Positions 17,145 through 25,427 are shown, numbered from the stretch's first letter. The stretch: 25,427 nt of DNA from Actinomycetales bacterium (GCA_045807245.1 JBJMHS010000030.1:62001-87427); one strand, 5' to 3'. Notes: generated by a model from the letters alone, not told the origin. Translations and numbers: made by a program.

Positions 17145-18736
17145 TGGTCGTCGCGCGCCTCACGCAGGGCGGCTATCAGCCGCTCGTAGGGGTCGACGTC
17201 GGGATCGACGCGCGAGAAGTCGATGCCCACGAGGCCGTAGAGCCACGCCGGCATGGTCGCCGACTCATAGATCAGCGGGATCAGTCGGCGCTTGCGTTCG
17301 TCCATGCCGAGGACCTGGGTGATGATCGCCTCTTCCGTGGTGTTTCCGCTCTCGAAGTAGCGCGGCGAGATCACGGCGACGGTGTAGCGGCTGCTCCGGA
17401 CGCAACGCTCCATCTCCTCGAGGAACGTGCACGCCGGGAAGAAGTCCAGGCGGTCCAACGCAACCTTGAAGCCCGCGTCCAGCAGTCGTCGGCGCAGCTC
17501 GCGCGTGAACAGCTCGTCGGGGTCACCGTGGCGGTAGCTCAGGAAGGCGTCGAACGCGGAGGTCCCGCTGGTCTTGGGCAGGTCGGCCGCTCCCCCCGCC
17601 CGCATCGCCTCGCGCAGGTCGTCGCTGGTCACCTTGTTCCACTTCGAACCTTGCAGCACTCGCCGGCTCGGTTTGAAGAACAGGTCGTTGTTGAGGACGA
17701 AGTTGCCCGGGGACATGAGCAGGTTCGACCGCGGCGGGCTGGTCCGGAGCGCCTCCCGCACCGCATCGCGTCGCTGCGCGAGGTCTGAGCCGGCCACGGC
17801 CGCGACCGGGTCACTGCCCAGGGCGGCGACCAGGATGCGCCCGGCGTCGTACGCGAACGTCGCATACTGCACCACGGGGTCTTCGTGGTCGTCCGGGAAC
17901 TCGTCGCAGTAGTGCCGCCTGAACTCCTCCAGGTCGGAGTCACCCGCGTCCTCGATCGCCGTGTCCGTGACCGCCTTGACACCGTCGCACAGCGACGAAC
18001 GCTCGAACAGGTCGCGCCCCGGCGAGATGACGTAGATCGGAAGGTCGGGCTGCTGCTGCCGTAGATACGTGCCGATCTCGATGATGTTCGTCGTCGGGGT
18101 CAGGATGGCGGCCGCGCCGACCGACCGGCTCTGCAACAGCTGGGCGGACCTCTGCTTGAGGGTGCGGGACAGGACGTCGTCACGCTCGAAGGTGATCACC
18201 TCGTGCGGGTACGGTTCCGCGGCGCCGGTCTGCAGGGCGTTGAGGAAGTCGCGGCCGGCCGACTCGCCGTACAGCAGCGGGTGGGCGCCGACCTCGTCGG
18301 GCGGCGAAACCTCGTGGATGACCAGGATGGGTGCGCCCTGCAGGTCCTGCTTGGCCCAGCGAGCAAGTGCGTCGGTGCGGTCCTTGTCCGGGCTGATCGC
18401 CCGGAAGAACCACGGGTTGGGTTCCACGGTCAGGTACGACGCCGTGGCCGACGGCGTGATCACCGGCAGTCGACGCGTCCGCGCCTCGTCGGCGCCGATG
18501 GCGGCGCTGTGCGACTCGACCGGGCCGAGGATGGCCAGGACACCCGCGTCGTCGAGCTCACCGATACACCTGCGGGTCCGTTCAGGCTTGCCCGCGTCGT
18601 TCGCGACGATGAACTCGAGATCCTCACCCGCGTCGATGGCCTCCTGCAGCGCCAGGACGGCCCCGTTGTGGATCGGGATCCCGAAGTAGTTGTACTCACC
18701 GCTCAACGGAGCGATGACCCCGACCTTCATCGACAT
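17141..18736 (-). CDS. Type 1 periplasmic-binding-fold (LivJ/AmiC-like) domain fused to a C-terminal TIR domain
   Basis: N-terminal MKVGVIAPLSG, NDAGKPE, AILGPVES, PVITPSAT, WFFRA, AYDAGRIL with no signal peptide. C-terminal FDAFLSYRH...RRL..AGFKVALD...SRYTVAVISPRYFESGNTTEE...RLIPLIY...IDFS. Confidence 0.85.
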   Translation of the reverse strand: MSMKVGVIAPLSGEYNYFGIPIHNGAVLALQEAIDAGEDLEFIVANDAGKPERTRRCIGELDDAGVLAILGPVESHSAAIGADEARTRRLPVITPSATASYLTVEPNPWFFRAISPDKDRTDALARWAKQDLQGAPILVIHEVSPPDEVGAHPLLYGESAGRDFLNALQTGAAEPYPHEVITFERDDVLSRTLKQRSAQLLQSRSVGAAAILTPTTNIIEIGTYLRQQQPDLPIYVISPGRDLFERSSLCDGVKAVTDTAIEDAGDSDLEEFRRHYCDEFPDDHEDPVVQYATFAYDAGRILVAALGSDPVAAVAGSDLAQRRDAVREALRTSPPRSNLLMSPGNFVLNNDLFFKPSRRVLQGSKWNKVTSDDLREAMRAGGAADLPKTSGTSAFDAFLSYRHGDPDELFTRELRRRLLDAGFKVALDRLDFFPACTFLEEMERCVRSSRYTVAVISPRYFESGNTTEEAIITQVLGMDERKRRLIPLIYESATMPAWLYGLVGIDFSRVDPDVDPYERLIAALREARDDQ

Positions 18737-18772
18737 GGGATCTCCAGGAGTCCTCGGAGTGCCGGCGCCATC

Positions 18773-19816
18773 CTAGTGCTCCAGAAGCCGATCGATCCGG
18801 TCCGCCGAGCGGGTCTCGGGCAAGGGCGGCGGGGGCAGGCCGCGGGACTCCAGGAACGCCGCGTTGAGCAGCTTGCTCGTGTACCGGGCTCCCGAGTCGC
18901 ACAGGATCGTCACGACGGTGTGCCCTGGACCGAGAGACGTGGCCAGCCGGATGGCGCCGGCCACGTTGATGCCCGAGCTGCCGCCCACGAACAGACCCTC
19001 GTGACGGGCCAACGAGTAGATGGTCCGGAGCATCTCCGGGTCCGGGATCTGCACCGCATAGTCGACCTGGGTCCCTTCCAGGTTCGCCGTCATCCAGCGC
19101 AGGCCGACGCCCTCGGCGATCGAGCTGCCCTCGTAGCTCAGCTCACCCGACGTGTAGTAGCTGTACATCGCCGCGCCCTCGGGGTCAGCGATGCCGATCG
19201 TCACGTCGGGGTTCGCCTGCCTGAGGAAGCGGCTGACCCCCGCCAGCGTGCCCCCCGTCCCGACCGAGCAGATGAATGCATCGACTTCCTGGTCCGCCTG
19301 CTCCCAGATCTCGCGCCCCGTGGTCGCGAAGTGGCCCTCCCGGTTGGCCAGGTTGTCGAACTGGTTCGCCCACAGCACGCCGGCGTCCGTCTCCTGAGCG
19401 AGCGACAGCGCCATCCGCTCGGCGATGCGGCGGTAGTTGTTCGGGTGGTCAGGCAGGGCGTCCGGCACGACGTACAGGTCCGCACCCAGTGCGCGTAGCG
19501 TGTCGCGCTTCTCCTGCGACTGGGTGTCGGGCATCACGATGACCGTTCGGTAGCCCCTGGCGTTGGCCACGAGCGCGAGGCCGATGCCGGTGTTCCCCGC
19601 CGTTCCCTCGACGATGATGCCGCCGCTCTTGATGACCTGCCGCCGCTCCGCGTCGTCGATGATCGCCAGCGCGGCGCGGTCCTTGACCGAGCCGCCGGGG
19701 TTCGTGAACTCAGCCTTGGCGAGGATCTCGCAACCGGTGGCAGCCGATGCGTGGTCGAGCCGGATGAGAGGCGTGCCGCCGATCGCGTTGCTCGCGTTGC
19801 CGTGTTGCGACGCCAC
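18773..19816 (-). CDS. cysK: Cysteine synthase family PLP enzyme
   Basis: IGGTPLIRL, KAEFTNPGGSVKDR (PLP lysine), EGTAGNTGIGLA, NQFDN, GTGGT, EGLFVGGSSG, TILCDSGARY. Start codon position is approximate. Confidence 0.88.
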   Translation of the reverse strand: MASQHGNASNAIGGTPLIRLDHASAATGCEILAKAEFTNPGGSVKDRAALAIIDDAERRQVIKSGGIIVEGTAGNTGIGLALVANARGYRTVIVMPDTQSQEKRDTLRALGADLYVVPDALPDHPNNYRRIAERMALSLAQETDAGVLWANQFDNLANREGHFATTGREIWEQADQEVDAFICSVGTGGTLAGVSRFLRQANPDVTIGIADPEGAAMYSYYTSGELSYEGSSIAEGVGLRWMTANLEGTQVDYAVQIPDPEMLRTIYSLARHEGLFVGGSSGINVAGAIRLATSLGPGHTVVTILCDSGARYTSKLLNAAFLESRGLPPPPLPETRSADRIDRLLEH

Positions 19817-19898
19817 CTCGGGAACGTAGCAGCGCGCGTTCGGTACGACGGGCCGTCCACCCCTTGACGTGGCGCGCGTCGGTCTGGGAGGAACGGGC

Positions 19899-21011
19899 AT
19901 GGGCTACCTCGATCGGGTGGACGCCCCGGGCCGGAAGAAGCTGTTGGCCCTCGACGGCGGCGGCATCCGCGGCGTGCTGACGCTGGAGATCCTGCGCTCG
20001 ATGGAGCAGATGCTGAGGTCCGAGCTCGACCGGCCCGACCTGGTGCTCGGGGACTACTTCGACTACATCGCCGGCACGAGCACGGGCGCCATCATCGCCG
20101 CCGGGCTGGCGAAGGGCATGACGGCGGACGACCTGCAGACCCTGTACGTCAAGCACGGCCAGGACATGTTCGACCACGCGTTCCTCTTGGAGAGATGGCG
20201 CTCCAAGTACCAGGACACCCGGTTGCGAAAGCTGCTGCAGCGGACGTTGGGCCCGGACACCACCCTCGGTGACCCGGACCTGAGGTCGTTGCTGATGATC
20301 GTGCTCCGCAACGCCACGACGGACTCCCCGTGGCCGCTGAGCAACAACCCACGGGGCAAGTACAACGACCGCGCGCGTCCGGACTGCAACCTCAACCTGC
20401 CGCTGTGGCAGCTGGTGCGAGCCAGCACGGCAGCGCCGACGTTCTTCCCACCGGAGCAGGTCAGCCTCGGGCGCGACTTCCTGTTCGTGGACGGCGGCGT
20501 GACCATGCACAACAACCCGTCGTTCCAGCTGTTCCTCATGGCGACCCACCCGGCGTACCGGCTCGGTTGGCCGACCGGCCAGGACAACATGCTGGTCGTG
20601 TCGGTCGGGACGGGAGCAGCAGCCAAGGCGGACGACAACCTCAAGCCGGGGCAGATGAACGTGCTGTTCAACGCCACGAGCATCCCGGCTGCGCTGATGT
20701 CGGCTGCCTCGAACGAGCAGGACCTGCTGTGCCGGGTGTTCGGGGACTGCCGGTACGGCGCGTGGCTGGACAGTGAGGTCCAGGACCTCCGCGAGCCCCG
20801 GCACTGGCTGGCGGCGCCGTACTTCACCTACGTGCGGTACAACGCCGACCTGACCCGCTCGGGGCTCGCGCAGCTCGGTCTGGGGAGGATCCGGCCGGAG
20901 GACGTCCAGCGCATGGACTCGATCAAGCACATCGAAGATCTCCGAGCGGTCGGGGGCGCCGCTTCGGCGAGCGTCGACCCCGCTCACTTCGCGGGCTTCC
21001 TCGACCGGTGA
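19899..21011 (+). CDS. Patatin-like phospholipase
   Basis: GGAGG then ATG at 19899. Oxyanion loop LALDGGGIRG, nucleophile AGTSTG, RASTAAPTFF, catalytic VDGGV..NNP, VSVGTG. Confidence 0.93.
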   Translation: MGYLDRVDAPGRKKLLALDGGGIRGVLTLEILRSMEQMLRSELDRPDLVLGDYFDYIAGTSTGAIIAAGLAKGMTADDLQTLYVKHGQDMFDHAFLLERWRSKYQDTRLRKLLQRTLGPDTTLGDPDLRSLLMIVLRNATTDSPWPLSNNPRGKYNDRARPDCNLNLPLWQLVRASTAAPTFFPPEQVSLGRDFLFVDGGVTMHNNPSFQLFLMATHPAYRLGWPTGQDNMLVVSVGTGAAAKADDNLKPGQMNVLFNATSIPAALMSAASNEQDLLCRVFGDCRYGAWLDSEVQDLREPRHWLAAPYFTYVRYNADLTRSGLAQLGLGRIRPEDVQRMDSIKHIEDLRAVGGAASASVDPAHFAGFLDR

Positions 21012-21021
21012 CGACCGCACC

Positions 21022-22371
21022 ATGACGCCGACCCCCGCCGACCCGCTCTGTTTCGTCGCCATGCCGTTCGGGGCCAAGCGTGACGCGAACGGCACCCAGG
21101 TCGACTTCGATGCCATCTACGCCGGTGTGATCCGGCCCGCCGTGGAGGCGGCGGGTCTCACGTGCATCCGTGGGGACGAGGAGCCGGTGGGCGGCCTCAT
21201 CCACAAGGGCATGTTCCAGCGGCTCCTGCTCTGCGACTTCGCCGTCGCCGACCTGTCGACCGCGAACGCCAACGTGTTCTACGAGTTGGGGATCCGGCAT
21301 GCCTTCCGCCCGTTCAGCACCGTCCTCATCTACGCCGATGGCTTCCGCCTGCCGTTCGACGTCGCTCCCCTGAGAGCGCTCAAGTACCACCTCGACCCGG
21401 CCGGCCGGGTCACCCAGCCGGAGGCGGACGCCCGCAGCCTGACCCGCCGGCTGGTGGAGGCACGCGACCATCAGGTCGACAGCCCCCTCTTCCAGGTCTT
21501 CGACCGGCTGCAACCGTCCGACCTGCAGCACCTCGTCGGCGAGGACCTGGCCGACAGCATCAGGGACAGCGCCCGACTGCGCGACGCCGCGGCGACCGCG
21601 ACGACGATGGAGCAGGCCGACGCGGTACGGGACGAGCTGGCCGGCGCCGTCGAGTCCCATCCCGGCGTCGTGGCGCAGCTCCTCGGCACGTACCAGGCTC
21701 TCGGCGGCTACTCCGCGATGGTGTCCCTCATCGAGGGTCTGCCCGCTGACGAGAGAGGCGAGGTGTTCGTCCGCGAGCGTTACGCGCTCGCCCTCAACCG
21801 GCTCGGCCGCCGGGTGGAGGCCAGGCGGGTGCTCACCACGCTGCTTCAGGAGCGAGGCCCCAGCAGCGAGACGTTCGGGCTGCTGGGCCGGGTGCACAAG
21901 GACGAGTGGGAGGAGGCGGTCCGGGACGGCGCCCTCGTACGCGGCAGCGGCGCGCTGCGAAACGCCATCGAGGCCTACCGCGAAGGCTTCGTGACCGACC
22001 CTCGCGACCCGTACCCGGGTGTGAACGCGGTCGAGCTGATGGCCGTCCGGGACCGGCACGATGGCGAGTGGCGCCGGCTCCTGCCGGTCGTCCGGTTCAT
22101 CGCCGAGCGACGGGTCGACGCCGGCGGCGCGACCTACTGGGAGTACGCCACCCTGCTCGAGCTCGCGGTGATGGGTGAGGACGCAGACGGCGTCCTGGAC
22201 TATCTCGGTCGGGCTCTCGCGGCCGGACCTGGCTGGGCCGAGGCCCTCAGCACCCTCGACAGCGTGAACCGGCTCGCGGAGGCGCTGTACGACGAGCCGC
22301 GTCCGGCCTGGCTGGTCACCGCCGTCGCGGAGCTCCGCCGGGCGGCGGCCCACCCTGCGACGCCGACGTGA
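21022..22371 (+). CDS. DUF4071/TRAF-binding-domain-type protein: N-terminal nucleoside deoxyribosyltransferase/hydrolase-like domain plus TPR-like helical region (ASK1-like)
   Basis: CFVAMPFG...DFDAIY..VIRPAV...AVADLSTANANVFYELGIRHA...LPFDV, then YALALNR, SSETFGLLGRVHKD, AIEAYREGF..DPRDPYPGVNA, YWEYATLLELAV. Confidence 0.8.
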   Translation: MTPTPADPLCFVAMPFGAKRDANGTQVDFDAIYAGVIRPAVEAAGLTCIRGDEEPVGGLIHKGMFQRLLLCDFAVADLSTANANVFYELGIRHAFRPFSTVLIYADGFRLPFDVAPLRALKYHLDPAGRVTQPEADARSLTRRLVEARDHQVDSPLFQVFDRLQPSDLQHLVGEDLADSIRDSARLRDAAATATTMEQADAVRDELAGAVESHPGVVAQLLGTYQALGGYSAMVSLIEGLPADERGEVFVRERYALALNRLGRRVEARRVLTTLLQERGPSSETFGLLGRVHKDEWEEAVRDGALVRGSGALRNAIEAYREGFVTDPRDPYPGVNAVELMAVRDRHDGEWRRLLPVVRFIAERRVDAGGATYWEYATLLELAVMGEDADGVLDYLGRALAAGPGWAEALSTLDSVNRLAEALYDEPRPAWLVTAVAELRRAAAHPATPT

Positions 22372-23078
22372 CGCAACAGGACGCCGGGGGCCGGATCGAG
22401 CGAGTCACGGCCCGCGAGGAGATCCCCGCCACCCTGGCCGCTCTGTACCCCTCGGCAGGACCTCCGGTGGTCGTGCTCGTGGGAGGCGCGGGGGGCATGG
22501 ACGACGCTCAGGTCGACGAGGCGACCCGGTTGTTCCGGTCCTACCTCGTGCCGGCGTTCCAGCGTTGGGGGGCAACGGTTGTCGACGGTGGGACCGACGC
22601 CGGCATCATGCGCCTGATCGGTCAGGAGCGCCGTGCCGCACAGGCCGACTTCGGCTTGGTCGGCGTCGCTGCGATCGGCACGGTCGCGCATCCGCTGGAC
22701 GGCGAACCGCGCGGCGACACCGAGCTCGAACCGCACCATCCCGTCGTACTCCTCGTGCCGGGTACGGCGTGGGGTGACGAGGCGCCGTGGCTCTCGGCGG
22801 TCGCCTCGGCAGCTGCCGTGGGCTCCGCGTCGGCCACGCTGCTGATCAACGGGGGCGATATCGCCTACGACGACGTCGGGCACAGTGTGGCGGCCGGCCG
22901 GCCGGTCGTCGTCGTGGCCGGCAGCGGGCGGACCAGTGACGACCTAGCGGCAGCGGTCGACAGCCGCGAGTCCAGCGAACGGGCCCGCCAGCTCGTGGGA
23001 TCGGGACTCGTCACCGCGGCAGCCGCCGACGAACCGGAGAACGTCGTCGACGAGCTCCGGCGCGCGCTCGGGTGCTAG
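22368..23078 (+). CDS. Stand-alone SLOG domain protein, LSDAT/TRPM-like prokaryotic family
   Basis: VVLVGGAGGM, VVDGGTDAGIMRLIG, LVGVA, LEPHH...VPG..WGDE..W, LINGG, PVVVVAGSGRTSD. GTGA overlap with the upstream gene. Confidence 0.82.
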   Translation: MTQQDAGGRIERVTAREEIPATLAALYPSAGPPVVVLVGGAGGMDDAQVDEATRLFRSYLVPAFQRWGATVVDGGTDAGIMRLIGQERRAAQADFGLVGVAAIGTVAHPLDGEPRGDTELEPHHPVVLLVPGTAWGDEAPWLSAVASAAAVGSASATLLINGGDIAYDDVGHSVAAGRPVVVVAGSGRTSDDLAAAVDSRESSERARQLVGSGLVTAAAADEPENVVDELRRALGC

Positions 23079-23176
23079 CGGCGTCGGCGCAACGCGGCGC
23101 GGCACCCCATCGGCGTGTAGCGTCAAGGCCACGGCTGACGGTTGGTCGCGACCTCAACCCTGCGGGGTGGACAACG

Positions 23177-23869
23177 ATGGATGACCTGGGACAGTGGGCC
23201 GGCACGCTAGCCGAAGCCGGCAAGGTGCGAGACGGGCTGGCTCAGAAGATCTGCGAGCTCTGCGTCCCGGCTCTCGGCGTCAGCGGCGCGGGAATCTCCA
23301 TCGTCAGTCGCGGCGGGACCCGGGAGATCCTCTGCTCCACCGATGCGGCGTCTGCGCACGTCGAGGACCTGCAGTTCGTGATGGGTGACGGACCCTGCGT
23401 CCGCGCGATGCAGTCGGATGAGCCCGTCCTGATCTCCGACGTGGCTGCCCGTGCGGGCCAAGGCAGCTCGTGGCCTGAGTTCATGTTCAGCGCCGCCGGC
23501 AAGGGAGTCTCGGCCCTCTTCGCCTTCCCACTGCGCCTTGGACATGTCAACGTCGGCGCCTTGGACCTGTACCGGCGTACGGCCGGCGACCTCACCGCTG
23601 ACCAGCTCGCCGGGGCACTCATGGCCGCAGATGCCGCGGCCGACTCCCTCTTGGGTCTCGCTCCGCTGGCTGTCCAGGCAGCGGAGGACGACACCCATCA
23701 CATGCAGGTCCATCAAGCCACAGGCATGGTGATGGTGCAGATGGACGTGCCTCACGAAGATGCTCTCGCGATGCTGAGGGCTCGTGCCTATGCCACGGGT
23801 GTCTCCTTGCTCCATGTGTCTCGCGAGGTCGTCGACCGACGACTACGGTTCAGCAAGGAGGACCAATGA
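23177..23869 (+). CDS. GAF and ANTAR domain-containing protein
   Basis: VEDLQFVMGDGPCV.A, WPEF, FAFPL, GALDLY. ANTAR VHQATGMVMVQ...ALAMLRARAY. Confidence 0.88.
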   Translation: MDDLGQWAGTLAEAGKVRDGLAQKICELCVPALGVSGAGISIVSRGGTREILCSTDAASAHVEDLQFVMGDGPCVRAMQSDEPVLISDVAARAGQGSSWPEFMFSAAGKGVSALFAFPLRLGHVNVGALDLYRRTAGDLTADQLAGALMAADAAADSLLGLAPLAVQAAEDDTHHMQVHQATGMVMVQMDVPHEDALAMLRARAYATGVSLLHVSREVVDRRLRFSKEDQ

Positions 23870-24606
23870 GCGAGCAACCGGCGCGCATGGTCAGCGAAAA
23901 GGCCCGGGAGCAAGTCCTCGCCGACGCGTTCGTCCGCTTGGCGGACACCCTGGTGGAGGACTACGACGTCGTCGACTTGCTGAACCAGCTCACCGAGGCG
24001 TGCCTGGACCTGTTGCAGGTGGCCGCCGCGGGCATGCTGTTGGACGACCAACAGGGACACCTCGTCGTCGTGGCGACCAGCAGCGAGGAGGCCCGGCTCG
24101 TCGAGGTCTTCCAGCTGCAGAACAACGAAGGGCCTTGTCTGGACTGTCTTTCGACTCAGCACGTGGTCGAGTCCGGACATCTGGAGACCCAAGACCAGCG
24201 CTGGCCACTGTTCGCACCTGCCGCCGTGGCCGCTGGGTTCCGGTCCGTTGCGGCGGTGCCGCTACGACTGCGCGAGAGAACCATCGGAGCGCTGAACCTG
24301 TTCAGCTCCGAGCCCGACGAGATACCCGAGTCCGACCAGAGGCTCGCCCAGGCTCTCGCCGACATCGCCACGATCGGCATCCTGCAGCAACGCCTGATCC
24401 ATCAGGGCACGGTGCTGGGCGAACAGCTGCAGCACGCCTTGAACAGCAGAGTGACGGTCGAACAGGCCAAGGGAGTTCTCGCCGAACGCAAGAACCTCAG
24501 CATGCAGGCCGCCTTCGAGGAGCTGCGGGCCTACGCCCGGCAGCACAACCGCAAGCTGACCGACGTCGCGTCGGCCGTCGTCAACGATGGGCTGACCTGG
24601 AACTAG
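23866..24606 (+). CDS. GAF and ANTAR domain-containing protein
   Basis: AAGGAGG and ATGA overlap. FVRLADTLVEDYDVVDLL, EGPCLDC, RWPLF, GALNLF. ANTAR QLQHALNSRVTVEQAKGVLAER...AFEELRAYAR.HNRKL. Confidence 0.92.
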   Translation: MSEQPARMVSEKAREQVLADAFVRLADTLVEDYDVVDLLNQLTEACLDLLQVAAAGMLLDDQQGHLVVVATSSEEARLVEVFQLQNNEGPCLDCLSTQHVVESGHLETQDQRWPLFAPAAVAAGFRSVAAVPLRLRERTIGALNLFSSEPDEIPESDQRLAQALADIATIGILQQRLIHQGTVLGEQLQHALNSRVTVEQAKGVLAERKNLSMQAAFEELRAYARQHNRKLTDVASAVVNDGLTWN

Positions 24607-24710
24607 CTCCCGGCGGAGCATGATCCGTTACGGCACAACAGGAAAGACGGCGCGGATGCTGCTGTACTGACGACCCGGAAGGGCGGTGAGGAAGCGAGAA
24701 GGGAGCCGTC

Positions 24711-25427
24711 GTGTCCGAACGCTGGTACAAGGAAGCCGTCATCTACTCCATCGAGGTCGACTCGTTCCAGGACTCCAACGGCGACGGGTGCGGCGACCTC
24801 CCGGGGCTGATCAGCCGCCTGGACTACCTGAGCCGGCTCGGCGTGACCTGCCTGTGGCTGAACCCGATCCACCCGTCACCGCATCGTGACGGCGGCTATG
24901 ACGTCACCGACTTCTATGCCGTGGACCCGCGGTTGGGCTCGCTCGGCGACTTCGTGGAGCTGGCGACGCAGGCTCGTTCCCGCGGTATGCGGCTGCTGCT
25001 CGATCTCGTGGTCAACCACACCTCGGACCAGCACCCCTGGTTCCAGTCGGCCCGAGCCGCTCCGGACTCGCCGTACCGGGACTGGTATGTCTGGAGCAAG
25101 CCGGAACCCTCCGACCGCCGGCAGGGCATCGTCTTCCCCGGCGAGCAGACCGAGACCTGGACGTACGACAAGGCCGCGGGCGAGTGGTACTTCCACCGCT
25201 TCTACGACTTCCAGCCCGACCTGAACTGGGCCAACCCCGACGTACGGGCCGAGATCAAGAAGGTCATGTCGTACTGGCTCCAGCTGGGCGCCTCGGGCTT
25301 CCGGATCGACGCCGCTCCGTTCGTCCTGCAGCAGGTGGCGCCGGGCGTCGACCCTGGCCCCGAGGACTTCGGGATCCTCGACGACTGGCGCGAACAGGTC
25401 CAGTGGCGCAACGGCGAGGCCGTGCTG
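24711..25427 (+). CDS. GH13 alpha-amylase family protein, trehalose synthase (TreS)-like (3'-truncated; absent from the ORF track)
   Basis: AGGGAG then GTG at 24711. Translates as MSERWYKEAVIY...FQDSNGDGCGDL.GL..RLDYL..LGV...DGGYDVTDFY...DLVVNHTSDQHPWF...YFHRFYDFQPDLN...GFRIDAAPF and is open to the window end. Confidence 0.9.
   Translation, partial: MSERWYKEAVIYSIEVDSFQDSNGDGCGDLPGLISRLDYLSRLGVTCLWLNPIHPSPHRDGGYDVTDFYAVDPRLGSLGDFVELATQARSRGMRLLLDLVVNHTSDQHPWFQSARAAPDSPYRDWYVWSKPEPSDRRQGIVFPGEQTETWTYDKAAGEWYFHRFYDFQPDLNWANPDVRAEIKKVMSYWLQLGASGFRIDAAPFVLQQVAPGVDPGPEDFGILDDWREQVQWRNGEAVL

Noticed and set aside
17600..18736. Branched-chain amino acid ABC importer component
   Set aside because: No signal or lipoprotein peptide, no LivHMGF genes nearby, and the domain is fused to TIR.
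19899..23078. Calling the locus CBASS or canonical Thoeris
   Set aside because: No CD-NTase, Cap2/Cap3, SIR2-SLOG or Macro-TM ThsA is visible; only component domains are shared.
17141..24606. AmiC/AmiR-like link between the cytoplasmic binding protein and the ANTAR genes
   Set aside because: The ANTAR proteins have their own GAF sensors, are common in actinobacteria and are not in the same operon; no sequence support.
24686..25411. Short ORFs listed near the window end
   Set aside because: Off-frame or antisense to the GH13 gene starting at 24711.
1..25427. CRISPR array, tRNA/rRNA, integrase, IS or att-type boundaries of the central island
   Set aside because: No regularly spaced repeats, RNA gene signatures, recombinase motifs or flanking direct repeats were seen by eye; short att sites could have been missed.

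Overview
High-GC, actinobacterial-looking window. Left part: a 5'-truncated Ig-like repeat/PxKF surface protein, a membrane HD-GYP phosphodiesterase fused to Ig-like repeats behind a sigma28/WhiG-like promoter, a minus-strand run of stress/lipid genes (GAF-ANTAR, SRPBCC, phospholipase D, DUF1206, DAG kinase family), a YtrA-type GntR/ABC operon and a secreted beta-rich protein. The centre (about 14.9-23.1 kb) is the most interesting part. It holds a frameshifted B12-binding radical SAM gene converging on a cysteine synthase / signal-peptide-less ligand-binding protein-TIR fusion / SAM methyltransferase operon. That operon is divergent from a patatin / DUF4071 (ASK1-like NDT-TPR) / TRPM-like SLOG operon, and together they form a candidate nucleotide-signalling conflict or defence system. 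The window ends with two GAF-ANTAR genes and a 3'-truncated TreS-like GH13 gene. No RNA genes, CRISPR arrays, integrases or transposases were recognised. All family assignments come from motif recognition by eye, not database searches.
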